From an uncultured virus (IMG/VR IMGVR_UViG_3300049259_000219) (taxonomy: Duplodnaviria; Heunggongvirae; Uroviricota; Caudoviricetes): 64,000 nt of DNA. This document shows, piece after piece, positions 49,285 to 59,193 of the stretch. The DNA lies in the IMG/VR virus record IMGVR_UViG_3300049259_000219, one strand, 5' to 3'. Positions within the stretch are counted from its first letter, which is position 1; every line of letters starts with the position of its first letter. The translations under genes and the position numbers were made by a program. Under the pieces are notes generated by a model, which saw only the letters and a list, made by a program, of their open reading frames with translations, was not told the DNA's origin and made no database searches.

Positions 49285-49767
49285 TTAGAATTTAGCAGCG
49301 GCACGAGCAATGTTAGCGGTCACTCCGGCACCCCACTTCGTGAAACGAAGCGCGATGCCAACGAAAATCAGGCCGAGTCCGAGGATGATGGCGGTCCATC
49401 CCCAAATCCTCCACCACCACAGTTTCTTGACCGCCTCCCCATGCTTTTGGTGCCAGTATTTAGCCGCCTCCTTTTGCTCTTCCGCGTACTTGGACAGGTC
49501 GTCGATCTGACGTTGCAGACTGCCGGTCAGCTCACGCGCGGCCGCCAGCTCCAGGATCTGACGTTTGGACTCCACCGTGACCACGGCGTTCTGCTCGCGA
49601 AGTTCGTCAATCACGCCCTGCTGCAGCCGCGTAAGTTGCTGGATATGCTCCATCGTCTTACGCAGATCCTCCGCGCTGATGCGCGTAGGAGTCTGCGCGA
49701 CGGCCGCCGGCGCCACGATCGGCCACCAAAGAGCCAGAGCCAGGAGAAGGAGATGGAGCAAGCTCAT
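49285..49767 (-). CDS. putative spanin-like coiled-coil membrane protein
   Basis: N-terminal signal/TM, coiled coil, C-terminal TM; lysis cassette. Confidence 0.55.
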   Translation of the reverse strand: MSLLHLLLLALALWWPIVAPAAVAQTPTRISAEDLRKTMEHIQQLTRLQQGVIDELREQNAVVTVESKRQILELAAARELTGSLQRQIDDLSKYAEEQKEAAKYWHQKHGEAVKKLWWWRIWGWTAIILGLGLIFVGIALRFTKWGAGVTANIARAAAKF

Positions 49768-50024
49768 GGCCAGCTCTGGAGAAGGACCGTCGCTTTGGCG
49801 TCGATGCGATCGGCGATCGACCGCGCTTGATCGGCCTTCGCTTTCACATTGAGCGAAGCACCCTGAATCCGCCGGGCGGAAACATCAGTCCTCGCCAGAC
49901 TGGCCTGCAGCGGCACGACCGAAGGAACGGGCCGCTTGTCGGCCGAAGGGTGCAGACAGCCGCCGAGAGCAACCAGGAGCAGGAGCGGAAAGATTTTGCG
50001 GAACGCGTACCGTGTTTTCATCAT
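49764..50024 (-). CDS. small lipoprotein, putative o-spanin
   Basis: LLLLVALGGC lipobox; lysis cassette. Confidence 0.55.
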   Translation of the reverse strand: MMKTRYAFRKIFPLLLLVALGGCLHPSADKRPVPSVVPLQASLARTDVSARRIQGASLNVKAKADQARSIADRIDAKATVLLQSWP

Positions 50025-50028
50025 AAAG

Positions 50029-50433
50029 TTACTTTTGGCCGCGAAGCAGCGACTTGATATCGGAACTCATGGTGTCGATTTGCTGCTGAAACCGCTCCAG
50101 TTGCCGGCTCAGGTTGCCGTTATCCTGCGAGAAGGAAGATCGCAGGACCTCCCTTTCCTTCCGATCGCTCTCCCGGTTTTCCCGGTAGCGATCCATGAAC
50201 ACCAAGGTGTCGCGCTGGTAATCCGTCTTTTGCAGATACCGGTTATCATTATGCGCATCCAGCCAGAGCACGATGTAACCGGCGAGCAACGCCCAGATCC
50301 CGAGCATCCCGACCTGCACCCCCCAAATCCACAGCGAATTTTCCCACCATCTTTTCGAGGGCTTGGTGCGCAGCGCGTCTCGCGCGAGTTCCCGGCTTTC
50401 CGTTACTGACTCCTCTGACTCGTCGTTAGACAT
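50029..50433 (-). CDS. single-TM coiled-coil protein (holin/anti-holin-like)
   Basis: One TM segment and a C-terminal coiled coil. Confidence 0.55.
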   Translation of the reverse strand: MSNDESEESVTESRELARDALRTKPSKRWWENSLWIWGVQVGMLGIWALLAGYIVLWLDAHNDNRYLQKTDYQRDTLVFMDRYRENRESDRKEREVLRSSFSQDNGNLSRQLERFQQQIDTMSSDIKSLLRGQK

Positions 50434-50818
50434 GGGATGTGGCTTTCCGAAGTTGGTACTGCCGCCGGAAATAGGCAAAGATAATTCGCTGCACGATGTT
50501 GACCTCGGAGTCCTTCAGCAGGAAATCAGTCCCGCCGTTTTCAAAGGTTGCGCTGACCAGGAGATCCTCATCATGGGCCGACATAATCAGCACGGCCGCC
50601 GGCGCAAATTCAGGGATGCGCCGCGGAGTTTCGAAGGCTTTTGAATCCGGCAGCTCCGCATCGATCAGACAAATGTCTGGCCGGAAGGGCTCCCTCGCCT
50701 CCAAACCCATCACCATCGTGGAAGCCAGGCTCACCTCAACCATGTGCACCTTCAGCTCAAGCAGCTTCTTGAGCGCGGAGGCGGTGGCAAGAACGTCTTC
50801 GATAATGAGAACCCTCAT
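50426..50818 (-). CDS. stand-alone response regulator receiver domain
   Basis: MRVLIIED, PDICLIDAELPD (phospho-Asp), VLIMSA, GGTDFLLK. Confidence 0.85.
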   Translation of the reverse strand: MRVLIIEDVLATASALKKLLELKVHMVEVSLASTMVMGLEAREPFRPDICLIDAELPDSKAFETPRRIPEFAPAAVLIMSAHDEDLLVSATFENGGTDFLLKDSEVNIVQRIIFAYFRRQYQLRKATSHV

Positions 50819-50868
50819 GGCGGCAAGAGATAGGCGGCGAACAGCGATGTCAACGCAGATCGTGTGAC

Positions 50869-53800
50869 TCAATCCTCGAGCTTGACCGCTTCGAGGAAGG
50901 TTCCCTGATCCACGAAAACGGAATCCGCGCCGGTCGCTTCCTTGGCGGCTTGGATTTGCAGCGTGCCACTTTGGGCCAGATAAATCATAAACTCGAACGT
51001 GCCCGACCCCCAGCTACTTCCGGTGTTCGTGTCAGTAAGGAGGAGCGGCAAGCCGGGATTAAAGCCGTAATGGTTGAAGCTCCGCGTGGTCATGGCTGCT
51101 CCGTAAGCCCCCGAGGAAGCTTGCCCATAGGGAATATAAGATGAGCCGGTGAACGCGAGTTGCGCCTTAAATCCAAGTCCGGGGTTCGTGCAACTATGGC
51201 TGACCATCCCCCGGATTTTCCACGTCCCGGTCGTCAACTCCAGCCGGGGAGTCGCCACGGCGGCGTAGGTCGTCGAGTCCGGGAGCGTGTATGAACTCGC
51301 AGCACGCGAGATATGTTGCGCCGCCCGCTTCACGTCCGGGAGTTCCAACCATCCAATCTGTCGTAGCGTATCATCAGCGATGTAGCGATTGCCTTCATCG
51401 CCGGGATGCAGCCCATCCCCACTCAACATATTGAGATTGAATCCATCGAAGGTGCTAATGAACGCAATACTATAGAGCATTCCCAACTCCCGGAACCGTT
51501 GCTCCATACCAATTACGCTGGCGGGGGAACTGGTTGATGGGGACGGTCCCATGATGACAATATCCGTCGCCAGTCCAAGAGCGACAAGGTCTCCCTGCAT
51601 GGCGACGATCCCTGCCTCGAACGCCACAAGATCGTCGTACCAGCGCAGAAGGATCACGTCGGGCGCAAGGGACGCCAGCCACGCCCGGCGCACTGACGTT
51701 GTTGAATTTGTATAGCCCGATATTTCTGCCCCTGCGGTACAGACCAAGAATGACATGATGCCTCTCCCGGTCGAACGCTCGATGATCGGACACATCGTCT
51801 GAACCGTTCCAGTAACTCCGAGAATCCGAAACTGGCGCGGCGCATAACTCAGCGTAATACTTACGCTCTGAAAATCGACCGTAGTATTCGCGGTGTTGAT
51901 CGTACTTCCTTCGTCGGTCCACGAGCCGCCATCGACTAAACGAGATTGAATCTTAAATGTACCCGCGCCCGAGCGTCGGAGATAACCAACCGTAATTTTA
52001 TCACACGGCATGAGGGCGTGGGGATCGGCGAAGGCTTGCGCGAGATAGATGACATATTCTCCAGAGTCAATAGACTCCGCGCCTGCCGCCTGCCCCGGCA
52101 GCAATTCCGTGAAACCCCCAACGCCGTCGCTGGTTTTGCTCGCACCATAAAACCAATCGTATGAGTTTTGCCCGCCGCCCGCGTTGCCGAGTGCGTCGGT
52201 CAGCTTGTTGACCATTCTCCGCATAGGATCGAAGGCGACCGAGTCACCGAATCCCCAAACACGCAGTGGGCGCGTCCCCGCGCGCAGTACGGCTTGGGCA
52301 TTGCTCGTCCGCGCTGGGGCAAAGCTGGCCGCACCACCGCGTAGAGCGGGGAGAACACCTACGACCGACGCCCCGGTGAGATCGGCAACCCTTGCGATGA
52401 TCCAGTTTGCTCCGTTGCTTTTTAGGACGTAGGAAGCCTTCGGAGGAATGGTCAGCGCGCCAGATGCGTAGCCGTCAACAGTCTGGCCAGTGGTCGCATT
52501 GACCGTAATGAGGCCCGTACCTGAGTTTTTGAGCACGTACTCCTGACCAGAGGCCGATGCGGCTGTGGGCAAGGTAAGCGCGAAAGTGCCACTCGTGCAA
52601 TCAATGGTATGATCCGTATTAGTGATGGTGTAGGCGGATGTCTTGGCGACGTAGCCAGACCGAATCCCATTCGTGATGAGACATCCACCTACCGTCCACC
52701 AGCCCGTAACAGATCCATTCCCAAACGGTGAAACGGTCAACACGTCGGAGCTGTCGCAGTAGATCGCGACACCGTTGGCATTCCGGATGCCGTACTGGTG
52801 CGATTGCGTAGGATCTCCAACCACAAACTGCGCCATCGTCGGGCCATCGCCCGCCACGATACTGCGCAAAGTGCTCAGCACGCCCGAGGTCGTATAGGTG
52901 AGAGCTCCGCCAAAGGCTCCACCGTTGACCGAACTATCGAGCGTCCAAGTCGCAAAGGGATTGGCCGCGCCCTGACCCGGCACCACATAAGCCCGGAAAT
53001 CGACCGCCTGACTGGCCGCCACGCTGCTCGTCTTCCAGCCCTGCCCCGTCCAACGGATCGCGGGCGAATACCCTTGATTTCCACTGGTCGCCGCCGCGGT
53101 GTTCGTGAGTTGCAGGCCCACTCCCACCGTATTCGCCGCCAAGGCACTCGTCCCGGTGAATCCCGCCGCCGTCACCGCCCCCGAAAGGTTCAGCGTGCTC
53201 CCGAAGATGGCCCCCGAGACACCGAGCCCGCCGGTCACGATGAACGCACCCGTTGTCGTCGACGAGCTGGCCGTCCCGGAGATCCCGATCGCCACCGCTT
53301 CCGTAAAGCTGATGCCGTTGACCGCGCTCCGAAACGACAGTTTACCCGAGGGATTGGTCGTTCCTTCGATCGTGTTCGCGGAGAGATCAAAGTGGACCGC
53401 CTGACTGGCCGAGCTGGTCGATGACCAGCCCGCACCCGTGAAGCGAAGCGCCGGAGAAAATCGTTGATTCCCAGAGGTCGCCGCCCCGGAATTAGCGATC
53501 ACCATGCCGGTGGCGGTCAGGCCCGCTGTAACATTCTGAGCGAGGCTAATCAAGGTCAGAGCACCGAGGCTGGTGATGTCATTATTCGCCCCGCTCGCTG
53601 CCGCACCGGACAGACGCGCGAAGGGGACGGTGCCGCTGGTAATTGTCCCCAAGGTCGTGATGGCCGCAGAGCCAACCCAGGTAGAGAGGGCGACGTTCTC
53701 GACCGAGTCGAGGCCCACTTGCCCCTTCGTCAAGCCCGACAAGGCGCTGCCGTTTCCACCGGGCGCAAGATAATCGGTCCCCGCCGTCAAAGCGTTCTGC

Positions 53801-54765
53801 TTGGCGTTCCAAGTCGACGCGCTGGCGATGTAGCCATCCGCAATCGCCGTGCCGTGCCAGGTGCCTACCGTCACGGTGCCCAATGTCGTCAGGGCCGTGC
53901 TGCCCGCCCACGTCGAGAGGGCTACGTTCTCGACCGAGCCGAGGCCCACCTGCCCCTTCGTCAAGCCCGACAAGGCGCTGCCGTTTCCACCGGGCGCAAG
54001 GTAATCCGTCCCCGCCGTCAGCGCGTTCTGCTTGGCGTTCCAAGTCGACGCGCTGGCGATGTAGCCATCCGCAATCGCCGTGCCGTGCCAGGTGCCGACC
54101 GTCACGGTGCCCAATGTCGTCAGGGCCGTGCCGCCCGCCCAAGTCGAGAGGGTCGTATTCTCCACCGCGCCGAGGCCCACGTCAGACGAGACGAGCGTCA
54201 CCGCCCCACTCTTGCCCGCCACGCTGGTCACCTGATCGGTCTGATCGTACTTCTCCCACGCGCTGCCGTTGGACACGACCAAGTCGCCGACACTCCAATC
54301 CGTCTCGCCGCCGATCGAGGTCGTGCCCGCGACCTGCACGCGGTAGTAGTGGCCACGGTTGTCTTCCGAGGCGGCGGGAATGGCCGGGGTGTTCGTCGAC
54401 GCGTTCCAGCCGCTCGTGTACTTCATCGCCCCGAGCAGGACGAGGGGGATTTGCGAGGGCGTCAACTGCCCGTCCACATCCAGCGTCGCCACGCCATTGG
54501 AGGCACCCTTCTCCGAGGCCGGCACCTGCGCCACGTTCAGGACATTACCGAGGCCGACCTGCGAGGCCGTGACATTATGCGGGTTGACGGCACCGAGATG
54601 CGCCGTCATCTGCAACGTCGTCAGAAAGTCACTTTTCGGCACGAAGACCGGCACGCCCGAACCATTCAGCGAGAGCAGCGAGTTCGCGGCCACCGCCACG
54701 ATCGACTCATCATAGCGGCCCTCCGCCGTGAACTTCAGGAAATAGTAATCCGTGGCAGTTCCCAT
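50869..54765 (-). CDS. tail fibre/spike with internal repeats and SGNH hydrolase-like domain
   Basis: NPHNVTASQVGLGNV and VTSVAGKSGAV fibre motifs; FGDSV...DGLHP. Confidence 0.85.
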   Translation of the reverse strand: MGTATDYYFLKFTAEGRYDESIVAVAANSLLSLNGSGVPVFVPKSDFLTTLQMTAHLGAVNPHNVTASQVGLGNVLNVAQVPASEKGASNGVATLDVDGQLTPSQIPLVLLGAMKYTSGWNASTNTPAIPAASEDNRGHYYRVQVAGTTSIGGETDWSVGDLVVSNGSAWEKYDQTDQVTSVAGKSGAVTLVSSDVGLGAVENTTLSTWAGGTALTTLGTVTVGTWHGTAIADGYIASASTWNAKQNALTAGTDYLAPGGNGSALSGLTKGQVGLGSVENVALSTWAGSTALTTLGTVTVGTWHGTAIADGYIASASTWNAKQNALTAGTDYLAPGGNGSALSGLTKGQVGLDSVENVALSTWVGSAAITTLGTITSGTVPFARLSGAAASGANNDITSLGALTLISLAQNVTAGLTATGMVIANSGAATSGNQRFSPALRFTGAGWSSTSSASQAVHFDLSANTIEGTTNPSGKLSFRSAVNGISFTEAVAIGISGTASSSTTTGAFIVTGGLGVSGAIFGSTLNLSGAVTAAGFTGTSALAANTVGVGLQLTNTAAATSGNQGYSPAIRWTGQGWKTSSVAASQAVDFRAYVVPGQGAANPFATWTLDSSVNGGAFGGALTYTTSGVLSTLRSIVAGDGPTMAQFVVGDPTQSHQYGIRNANGVAIYCDSSDVLTVSPFGNGSVTGWWTVGGCLITNGIRSGYVAKTSAYTITNTDHTIDCTSGTFALTLPTAASASGQEYVLKNSGTGLITVNATTGQTVDGYASGALTIPPKASYVLKSNGANWIIARVADLTGASVVGVLPALRGGAASFAPARTSNAQAVLRAGTRPLRVWGFGDSVAFDPMRRMVNKLTDALGNAGGGQNSYDWFYGASKTSDGVGGFTELLPGQAAGAESIDSGEYVIYLAQAFADPHALMPCDKITVGYLRRSGAGTFKIQSRLVDGGSWTDEGSTINTANTTVDFQSVSITLSYAPRQFRILGVTGTVQTMCPIIERSTGRGIMSFLVCTAGAEISGYTNSTTSVRRAWLASLAPDVILLRWYDDLVAFEAGIVAMQGDLVALGLATDIVIMGPSPSTSSPASVIGMEQRFRELGMLYSIAFISTFDGFNLNMLSGDGLHPGDEGNRYIADDTLRQIGWLELPDVKRAAQHISRAASSYTLPDSTTYAAVATPRLELTTGTWKIRGMVSHSCTNPGLGFKAQLAFTGSSYIPYGQASSGAYGAAMTTRSFNHYGFNPGLPLLLTDTNTGSSWGSGTFEFMIYLAQSGTLQIQAAKEATGADSVFVDQGTFLEAVKLED
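53640..54180 (-). repeat. 231-bp (77-aa) tandem repeat, about 2.3 copies, in the tail fibre
   Basis: GTGCCGTGCCAGGTGCC at 53849 and 54080; near-identical units. Confidence 0.9.
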
Positions 54766-54767
54766 GT

Positions 54768-54998
54768 TTAAGGCCAGTTGGAAGCGACGGCGGAGCGAGC
54801 CCACTGATTCGTCGCGTAACAGTCGTACCGATAGTTTCCGTCGCAGTGATACTGACCCACAACCCCCGTGGCTGTCATGGAGGTTGGCGCGGTCGCGACC
54901 CACTTCAGATCGCGCAGCCGAGCCGGCGCATTCGGGTCGTTACCCGGCGCCGCGAAAGTAGCGTTTCCCGCGACAACGAGGGATAAGAGGTTCGCCAT
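54768..54998 (-). CDS. small virion-associated hypothetical protein
   Basis: APTSMTATGVVGQ...Y.C.ATNQWAR, similar to phage fibre accessory motifs. Confidence 0.6.
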   Translation of the reverse strand: MANLLSLVVAGNATFAAPGNDPNAPARLRDLKWVATAPTSMTATGVVGQYHCDGNYRYDCYATNQWARSAVASNWP

Positions 54999-55036
54999 GC
55001 CTTGGCTCTTTCAGCCTTCCCTCAGAATGACAACTC

Positions 55037-56464
55037 CTATTCCCCCGGCAACACGGGATCAGTCGGCGGCGTCTGCGCCCCCGGCCGGTCCGAGGGCCGG
55101 CCGCCCTTACCGTCGCCGGTCAGCATCCCCTGTTTCGCTTCGAAGACGGGGCGGTACGATTCCGGGTCGGCATGAGCCTCCTTAAGCAGACGACCCTCTT
55201 CGTTGTTGTTCACACCCAAGGCATTGCGCGCGGTCTGCGGCGAGATCAGCCCGGTCGAGGAACCGGCCCGCACCCACTCCAGCATCATCTTCGTGTCGAG
55301 GAAGCTCTGCGGATTCCAACTCACCGCCAGGTCATCCGGAGGTTTCACCCCGCCGTTGAAAGTCGGGTCGCTGAGGATCTCGGTCAGGAACGTGCCGACC
55401 ATGCTCCGCCACTTGCGCCCTTCCGTTGCGAAGGCCGTCATCATCATCGGCGACACCCCGGATTCGTACATCATACCCGGCGCGCCCGCCCAGGCCCGGA
55501 GCTTGGCCGCCACCGCCGCATACTTCTTCTCGTCAAAGAACTTCGGGTCGAAGGTTTTCCACTCGATGTTCACGTCGAAGTTCGTCACCGCGACCCGCGG
55601 CCCCCGCTTGCCGGCATTGTCCTTCTTGATCTTTTCCGACTGCGCCGCCGTGATGAAATGCGTCGAGTCGCCGGCGTGGTCGCCACTGGTGATCGCGTGA
55701 CCCTTCTTGATCTGCCGGTAAATATCCCCGCTCTCCCACGCGCCACCCATGTCGGCGATCTCGAGCAGCTCCCGCAAGCCGAGCTTGTCGAGGATCTGCC
55801 CCAGGCGCGGCCAGCCGAGCCCGCCGCCGCGCTTGCCCCAGGTCAGGACCTTGAAATGTTCACCTTGCGCCGGATCAAGCTCGATCAGCTTGCCCGCCTC
55901 CAGCGCCACGGACCAGCGGGGCCCCAAGGCGAACTTCTGCGCGTCCGACAGCTTACACTTTTGCGGGCGCACCTTGAGACTCTCCACCCCCAGCGCGTCG
56001 GAGTAGGCGCAACTCTCGCAATCGAGCACGACGGGCATGGCAAAGCGGTTTTTCTCCGCCTTCCGCCAGAAGACAATCACGTTGTCGCAGGTCAGGAACT
56101 CAGTCCACACATCGAGGTCCAACCGATCCACCCGCAAACCAGCCTCAGCCGCCTTCTTCCGCCACTTCTTCATCTTCTCATTCTCCTCAAACCCGAGGCG
56201 CAAACCATCCGAGAAGTAACAGAGCCGCAGGTAGTGAACACCACCCAGGAAATCGTTCTCCTTCATCAACTGCCGCGCCTTCTTGAACATTTCATCCAAG
56301 CTCCCGGGCTTCCACTTGCCGCGGAACAAAGACGGATCATCGCGGTGCATCGGATGAAGCGGGCTCACCCCGACCACACTCATTTCCGAGCTGAATTGCG
56401 CTTCCGCCAAGGCATCAGGCGACGCCGGTCTGGCGCGAGTCTTACGGCGAGCAGCGGCTTTCAT
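55037..56464 (-). CDS. putative portal protein
   Basis: 475 aa just downstream of the terminase; GLISPQTARNALG C-terminal motif. Confidence 0.65.
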   Translation of the reverse strand: MKAAARRKTRARPASPDALAEAQFSSEMSVVGVSPLHPMHRDDPSLFRGKWKPGSLDEMFKKARQLMKENDFLGGVHYLRLCYFSDGLRLGFEENEKMKKWRKKAAEAGLRVDRLDLDVWTEFLTCDNVIVFWRKAEKNRFAMPVVLDCESCAYSDALGVESLKVRPQKCKLSDAQKFALGPRWSVALEAGKLIELDPAQGEHFKVLTWGKRGGGLGWPRLGQILDKLGLRELLEIADMGGAWESGDIYRQIKKGHAITSGDHAGDSTHFITAAQSEKIKKDNAGKRGPRVAVTNFDVNIEWKTFDPKFFDEKKYAAVAAKLRAWAGAPGMMYESGVSPMMMTAFATEGRKWRSMVGTFLTEILSDPTFNGGVKPPDDLAVSWNPQSFLDTKMMLEWVRAGSSTGLISPQTARNALGVNNNEEGRLLKEAHADPESYRPVFEAKQGMLTGDGKGGRPSDRPGAQTPPTDPVLPGE

Positions 56465-56708
56465 CGAGAAGCAGACTCACCACACTTCGAGCCAGAGGTC
56501 AACCCCCGGCTATTTTGCGGTACGCGTTCCGCAATTCCGAGCAGGAAAGAAAAGAGCCACCGGCGTTAGAGCGCCGATGGCCGATTGACTCGCGGCCCCG
56601 GGATACATTCCTGACGCCATAGTAGCCGTAACAGACCCATTAATTATAGCCGAATGGCTCTCCGGTCAATCATGAAGACGTTTTTCCGCTTTTCTGGAAA
56701 ACCGTAAA

Positions 56709-56939
56709 TCAGAGGGGTGAAACAGATGAGGGGGAAACAGATGAGGAACGAGATTCGTCGCGTCTTGCCTGCCCAGCGCCGTCTTGCAGCTGGCACTCAT
56801 GCACCGCCGCCTCCAATGCCCCGGACATGCGCAAGGCATCGGACGCGGACATGATCATCTTTGTCGGCATCCCGCCGAGCTGGCCCGAGATCTCGATCTC
56901 ATTACCCACCACAACCGCACCCGTGAATCTGAAGCTCAT
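56709..56939 (-). CDS. hypothetical protein
   Basis: MSFRFTG..., coupled to the terminase stop. Confidence 0.5.
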   Translation of the reverse strand: MSFRFTGAVVVGNEIEISGQLGGMPTKMIMSASDALRMSGALEAAVHECQLQDGAGQARRDESRSSSVSPSSVSPL

Positions 56940-58651
56940 ATAATGGAAAATTGCGCGTCCTCGTCCTGCTCTGATACCACGTCCAACTCGCTGTGCAACC
57001 AGAGCTGCGCCCCGACCCACGCGTAGAGGCTGGCGTATGGACCGTCCTTCTTGCCCCGCGAGCCGAACAGCTTGAACCCCCGCTTGGAAACCAGCGGCCG
57101 GCCATCCTCCCCGGTCAGTTGCACGACATTCTCGAGCTGCTGCAGGATGAGATCGAGATAGCCCTGCGCGTCGACAATCTCCTGCGCCCATCCACGGATC
57201 TCCGCCGGCGCGCGATCCTGCAAGCGCAGCGGCCAGTGGAACATGCCCGCTTCCCACCCCTCGCGGTAGTTCTGATGGCAGGCCTCAATGAACCCGTCGT
57301 CACTCACGAGCTGGCGCGGCTCCACGAAGGGCAGACGGTCGAAGGAACCACCCCGCTTGAAGTAGTGAACGATCGGCTGCTTATCAACCGTGATCGGCTC
57401 ATCCGTGGTACACAGCGGGGTGACGTTGAAGCGGTGCCCATCGAGTTCCTGCGTCGCCCGCTTCATTTCCTTGTAGACCCACAAGCCACCACCGCCAGGA
57501 TCGAGCACGATGCGCGAGAAGGCAAAGAAGCGGTGCAGCCGATGAATGAAGGCCGACGTCTCGGCTGCCGACTTGTCCCGCAGAAAGGAGGCGAAGGTGA
57601 ACGCGATATTGAAGTCACGCCCAGGGAGCTGGAAGTTGCAGGGCAGGTTCATCCCCGCCGCCGCCAGCTCCACGATCCGCAGATTCACAAAGGCCGAGCT
57701 ATCGGACTTGATCGACTGACCGGGCGCAATGTCGACGCCAAGGATGTTCACCTCGCCGTCATACAGCCGGGCCATGGCGGGCTCGAGGTAGCGGCGCGTG
57801 GCCAGCGTCAGGATTCCCTCCGGGTAATAAGTGGATCCATCGCGGCTCCACAAGCCGAGCCATTGCCGCCGGAATTGCTCAGGCTGCAAGACGGCCCGTT
57901 GCGTGCGAATCGTCGAATCAGGCCGCAACTTTTTCGCCATCGCGGGCGAGAAATCGCGAAAGCAAAAAGAATAGACCGCGTGCGTGTTGGAGCCGTCCCG
58001 AATGAGGCGGCGATAGCTCTTGTACCGCTCGAAGCCACGATGCGACGGCTTCTCCGCGTGCCCCTTGAAGTGGATATGGTTGCACCAGATCGGATGATTC
58101 TGATTGAACGAAGGCCGGGTCACACGATCGACGAGCTGCTTGTCGATGCCCTCGCCCATGTCCATCGAGCGGAGCCAGTCGTCGATGACCAGCGTGTTGA
58201 ACCGGCGACTGGCCTGCGTATTGGAGTCCTGCATGAAGGACGGCGCCGGCATGATGACCCGCGAACCGTGTTTGTAGTGCCACGAGTAGGCACCAGGCTC
58301 CTTCTTCTCCCCGATGACGTTGCGATAGACCTGACACTGGAGCCGGAAGATCTCCGATTGCTGGATGGTCTTTTCGTAGTACGGCCAGAACTCATCCTTG
58401 CCGGTCTGGAAGTTCGGAAAGTAGACGGCCGCCACGTGATCCGGCAGCAGCATCGCGCGGAGATTGACGAGAAGGAAGATGCGGAGGGTCTTGCCGGTCG
58501 AGACGCCGGACGAGTCGATCGTCTCCGGGAACCACCAGTCAATCCGCAGCGCGGCCGCCTGAAACACGTCGAGCTTCCAACCCATCAGGACCTCGGCGGC
58601 CATGACCGGGTCGCAAAGTAACTTTTTGAGAACAGAGGAGGAGAACTCCAT
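56936..58651 (-). CDS. terL: terminase large subunit
   Basis: Walker A GVSTGKT, Walker B LVIDD, nuclease ILGVDIA, VLDPGGGG, KKD..YA. Confidence 0.85.
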   Translation of the reverse strand: MEFSSSVLKKLLCDPVMAAEVLMGWKLDVFQAAALRIDWWFPETIDSSGVSTGKTLRIFLLVNLRAMLLPDHVAAVYFPNFQTGKDEFWPYYEKTIQQSEIFRLQCQVYRNVIGEKKEPGAYSWHYKHGSRVIMPAPSFMQDSNTQASRRFNTLVIDDWLRSMDMGEGIDKQLVDRVTRPSFNQNHPIWCNHIHFKGHAEKPSHRGFERYKSYRRLIRDGSNTHAVYSFCFRDFSPAMAKKLRPDSTIRTQRAVLQPEQFRRQWLGLWSRDGSTYYPEGILTLATRRYLEPAMARLYDGEVNILGVDIAPGQSIKSDSSAFVNLRIVELAAAGMNLPCNFQLPGRDFNIAFTFASFLRDKSAAETSAFIHRLHRFFAFSRIVLDPGGGGLWVYKEMKRATQELDGHRFNVTPLCTTDEPITVDKQPIVHYFKRGGSFDRLPFVEPRQLVSDDGFIEACHQNYREGWEAGMFHWPLRLQDRAPAEIRGWAQEIVDAQGYLDLILQQLENVVQLTGEDGRPLVSKRGFKLFGSRGKKDGPYASLYAWVGAQLWLHSELDVVSEQDEDAQFSII

Positions 58652-58912
58652 TTAGTTTTTCCCCTGCGTGTTGACCTGCGCAGTCAGCGCGTAGCCCTCG
58701 CCCTTCTTGCCACCGCCCTTGACCAACCCAACCTTGACCACGATCACCTCCGGAAACTCGCGGAGCAGCTTCGCCATGTACCGGGCAATCGTCCGCGGCC
58801 GATTCTCGACGATGAAGCCGATCTTGCCGCCGGTCTTGCGGGCCACCTCACCAATCGCCGTGATACGCTGATCCTCAGTCAAGGACGCCAGGTCAAAGTA
58901 GGGAGTACTCAT
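58652..58912 (-). CDS. hypothetical protein
   Basis: Abuts the terminase start. Confidence 0.6.
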   Translation of the reverse strand: MSTPYFDLASLTEDQRITAIGEVARKTGGKIGFIVENRPRTIARYMAKLLREFPEVIVVKVGLVKGGGKKGEGYALTAQVNTQGKN

Positions 58913-59193
58913 ATCGTATCTTTAGGTTCCGTCGGTCGATTCCATTGCAGGTCGTAACCTGGCTCGTGTTGCTTCCAGTTGCGATGGCATTGCAGCACCT
59001 TCAGACCGCTCCCGCACGGGCAGTAGCTCCACTTTTTGATTCGGCGCACAGGAGGAACCGCTTGCGGAGGGTAGGGCTTCTGAGGGAAGCAGCCGCCCGC
59101 CGCGAACACGCGCCCCATAAAGGCAGCCTCCTCCGGGAACTCATGTTCAAAGCGCGGCGGTACATCCTGCACGTCTGGATAGCCTTCGGTCAT
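58909..59193 (-). CDS. SEC-C motif protein
   Basis: CPCGSGLKVLQCH. Confidence 0.65.
   Translation of the reverse strand: MTEGYPDVQDVPPRFEHEFPEEAAFMGRVFAAGGCFPQKPYPPQAVPPVRRIKKWSYCPCGSGLKVLQCHRNWKQHEPGYDLQWNRPTEPKDTI

Larger units (their letters stand above)
1605..58625. repeat. dispersed 11-bp AT-rich palindrome AAAGT(A/T)ACTTT (motif B), about 12 copies
   Basis: Exact copies at 1607, 2401, 14026, 22203, 32757, 37819, 42055, 46630, 50025, 58615; near copies at 18304 and 29240. Confidence 0.85.

Noticed and set aside
56993..58621. 542-aa plus-strand ORF
   Set aside because: Antisense shadow of the terminase gene
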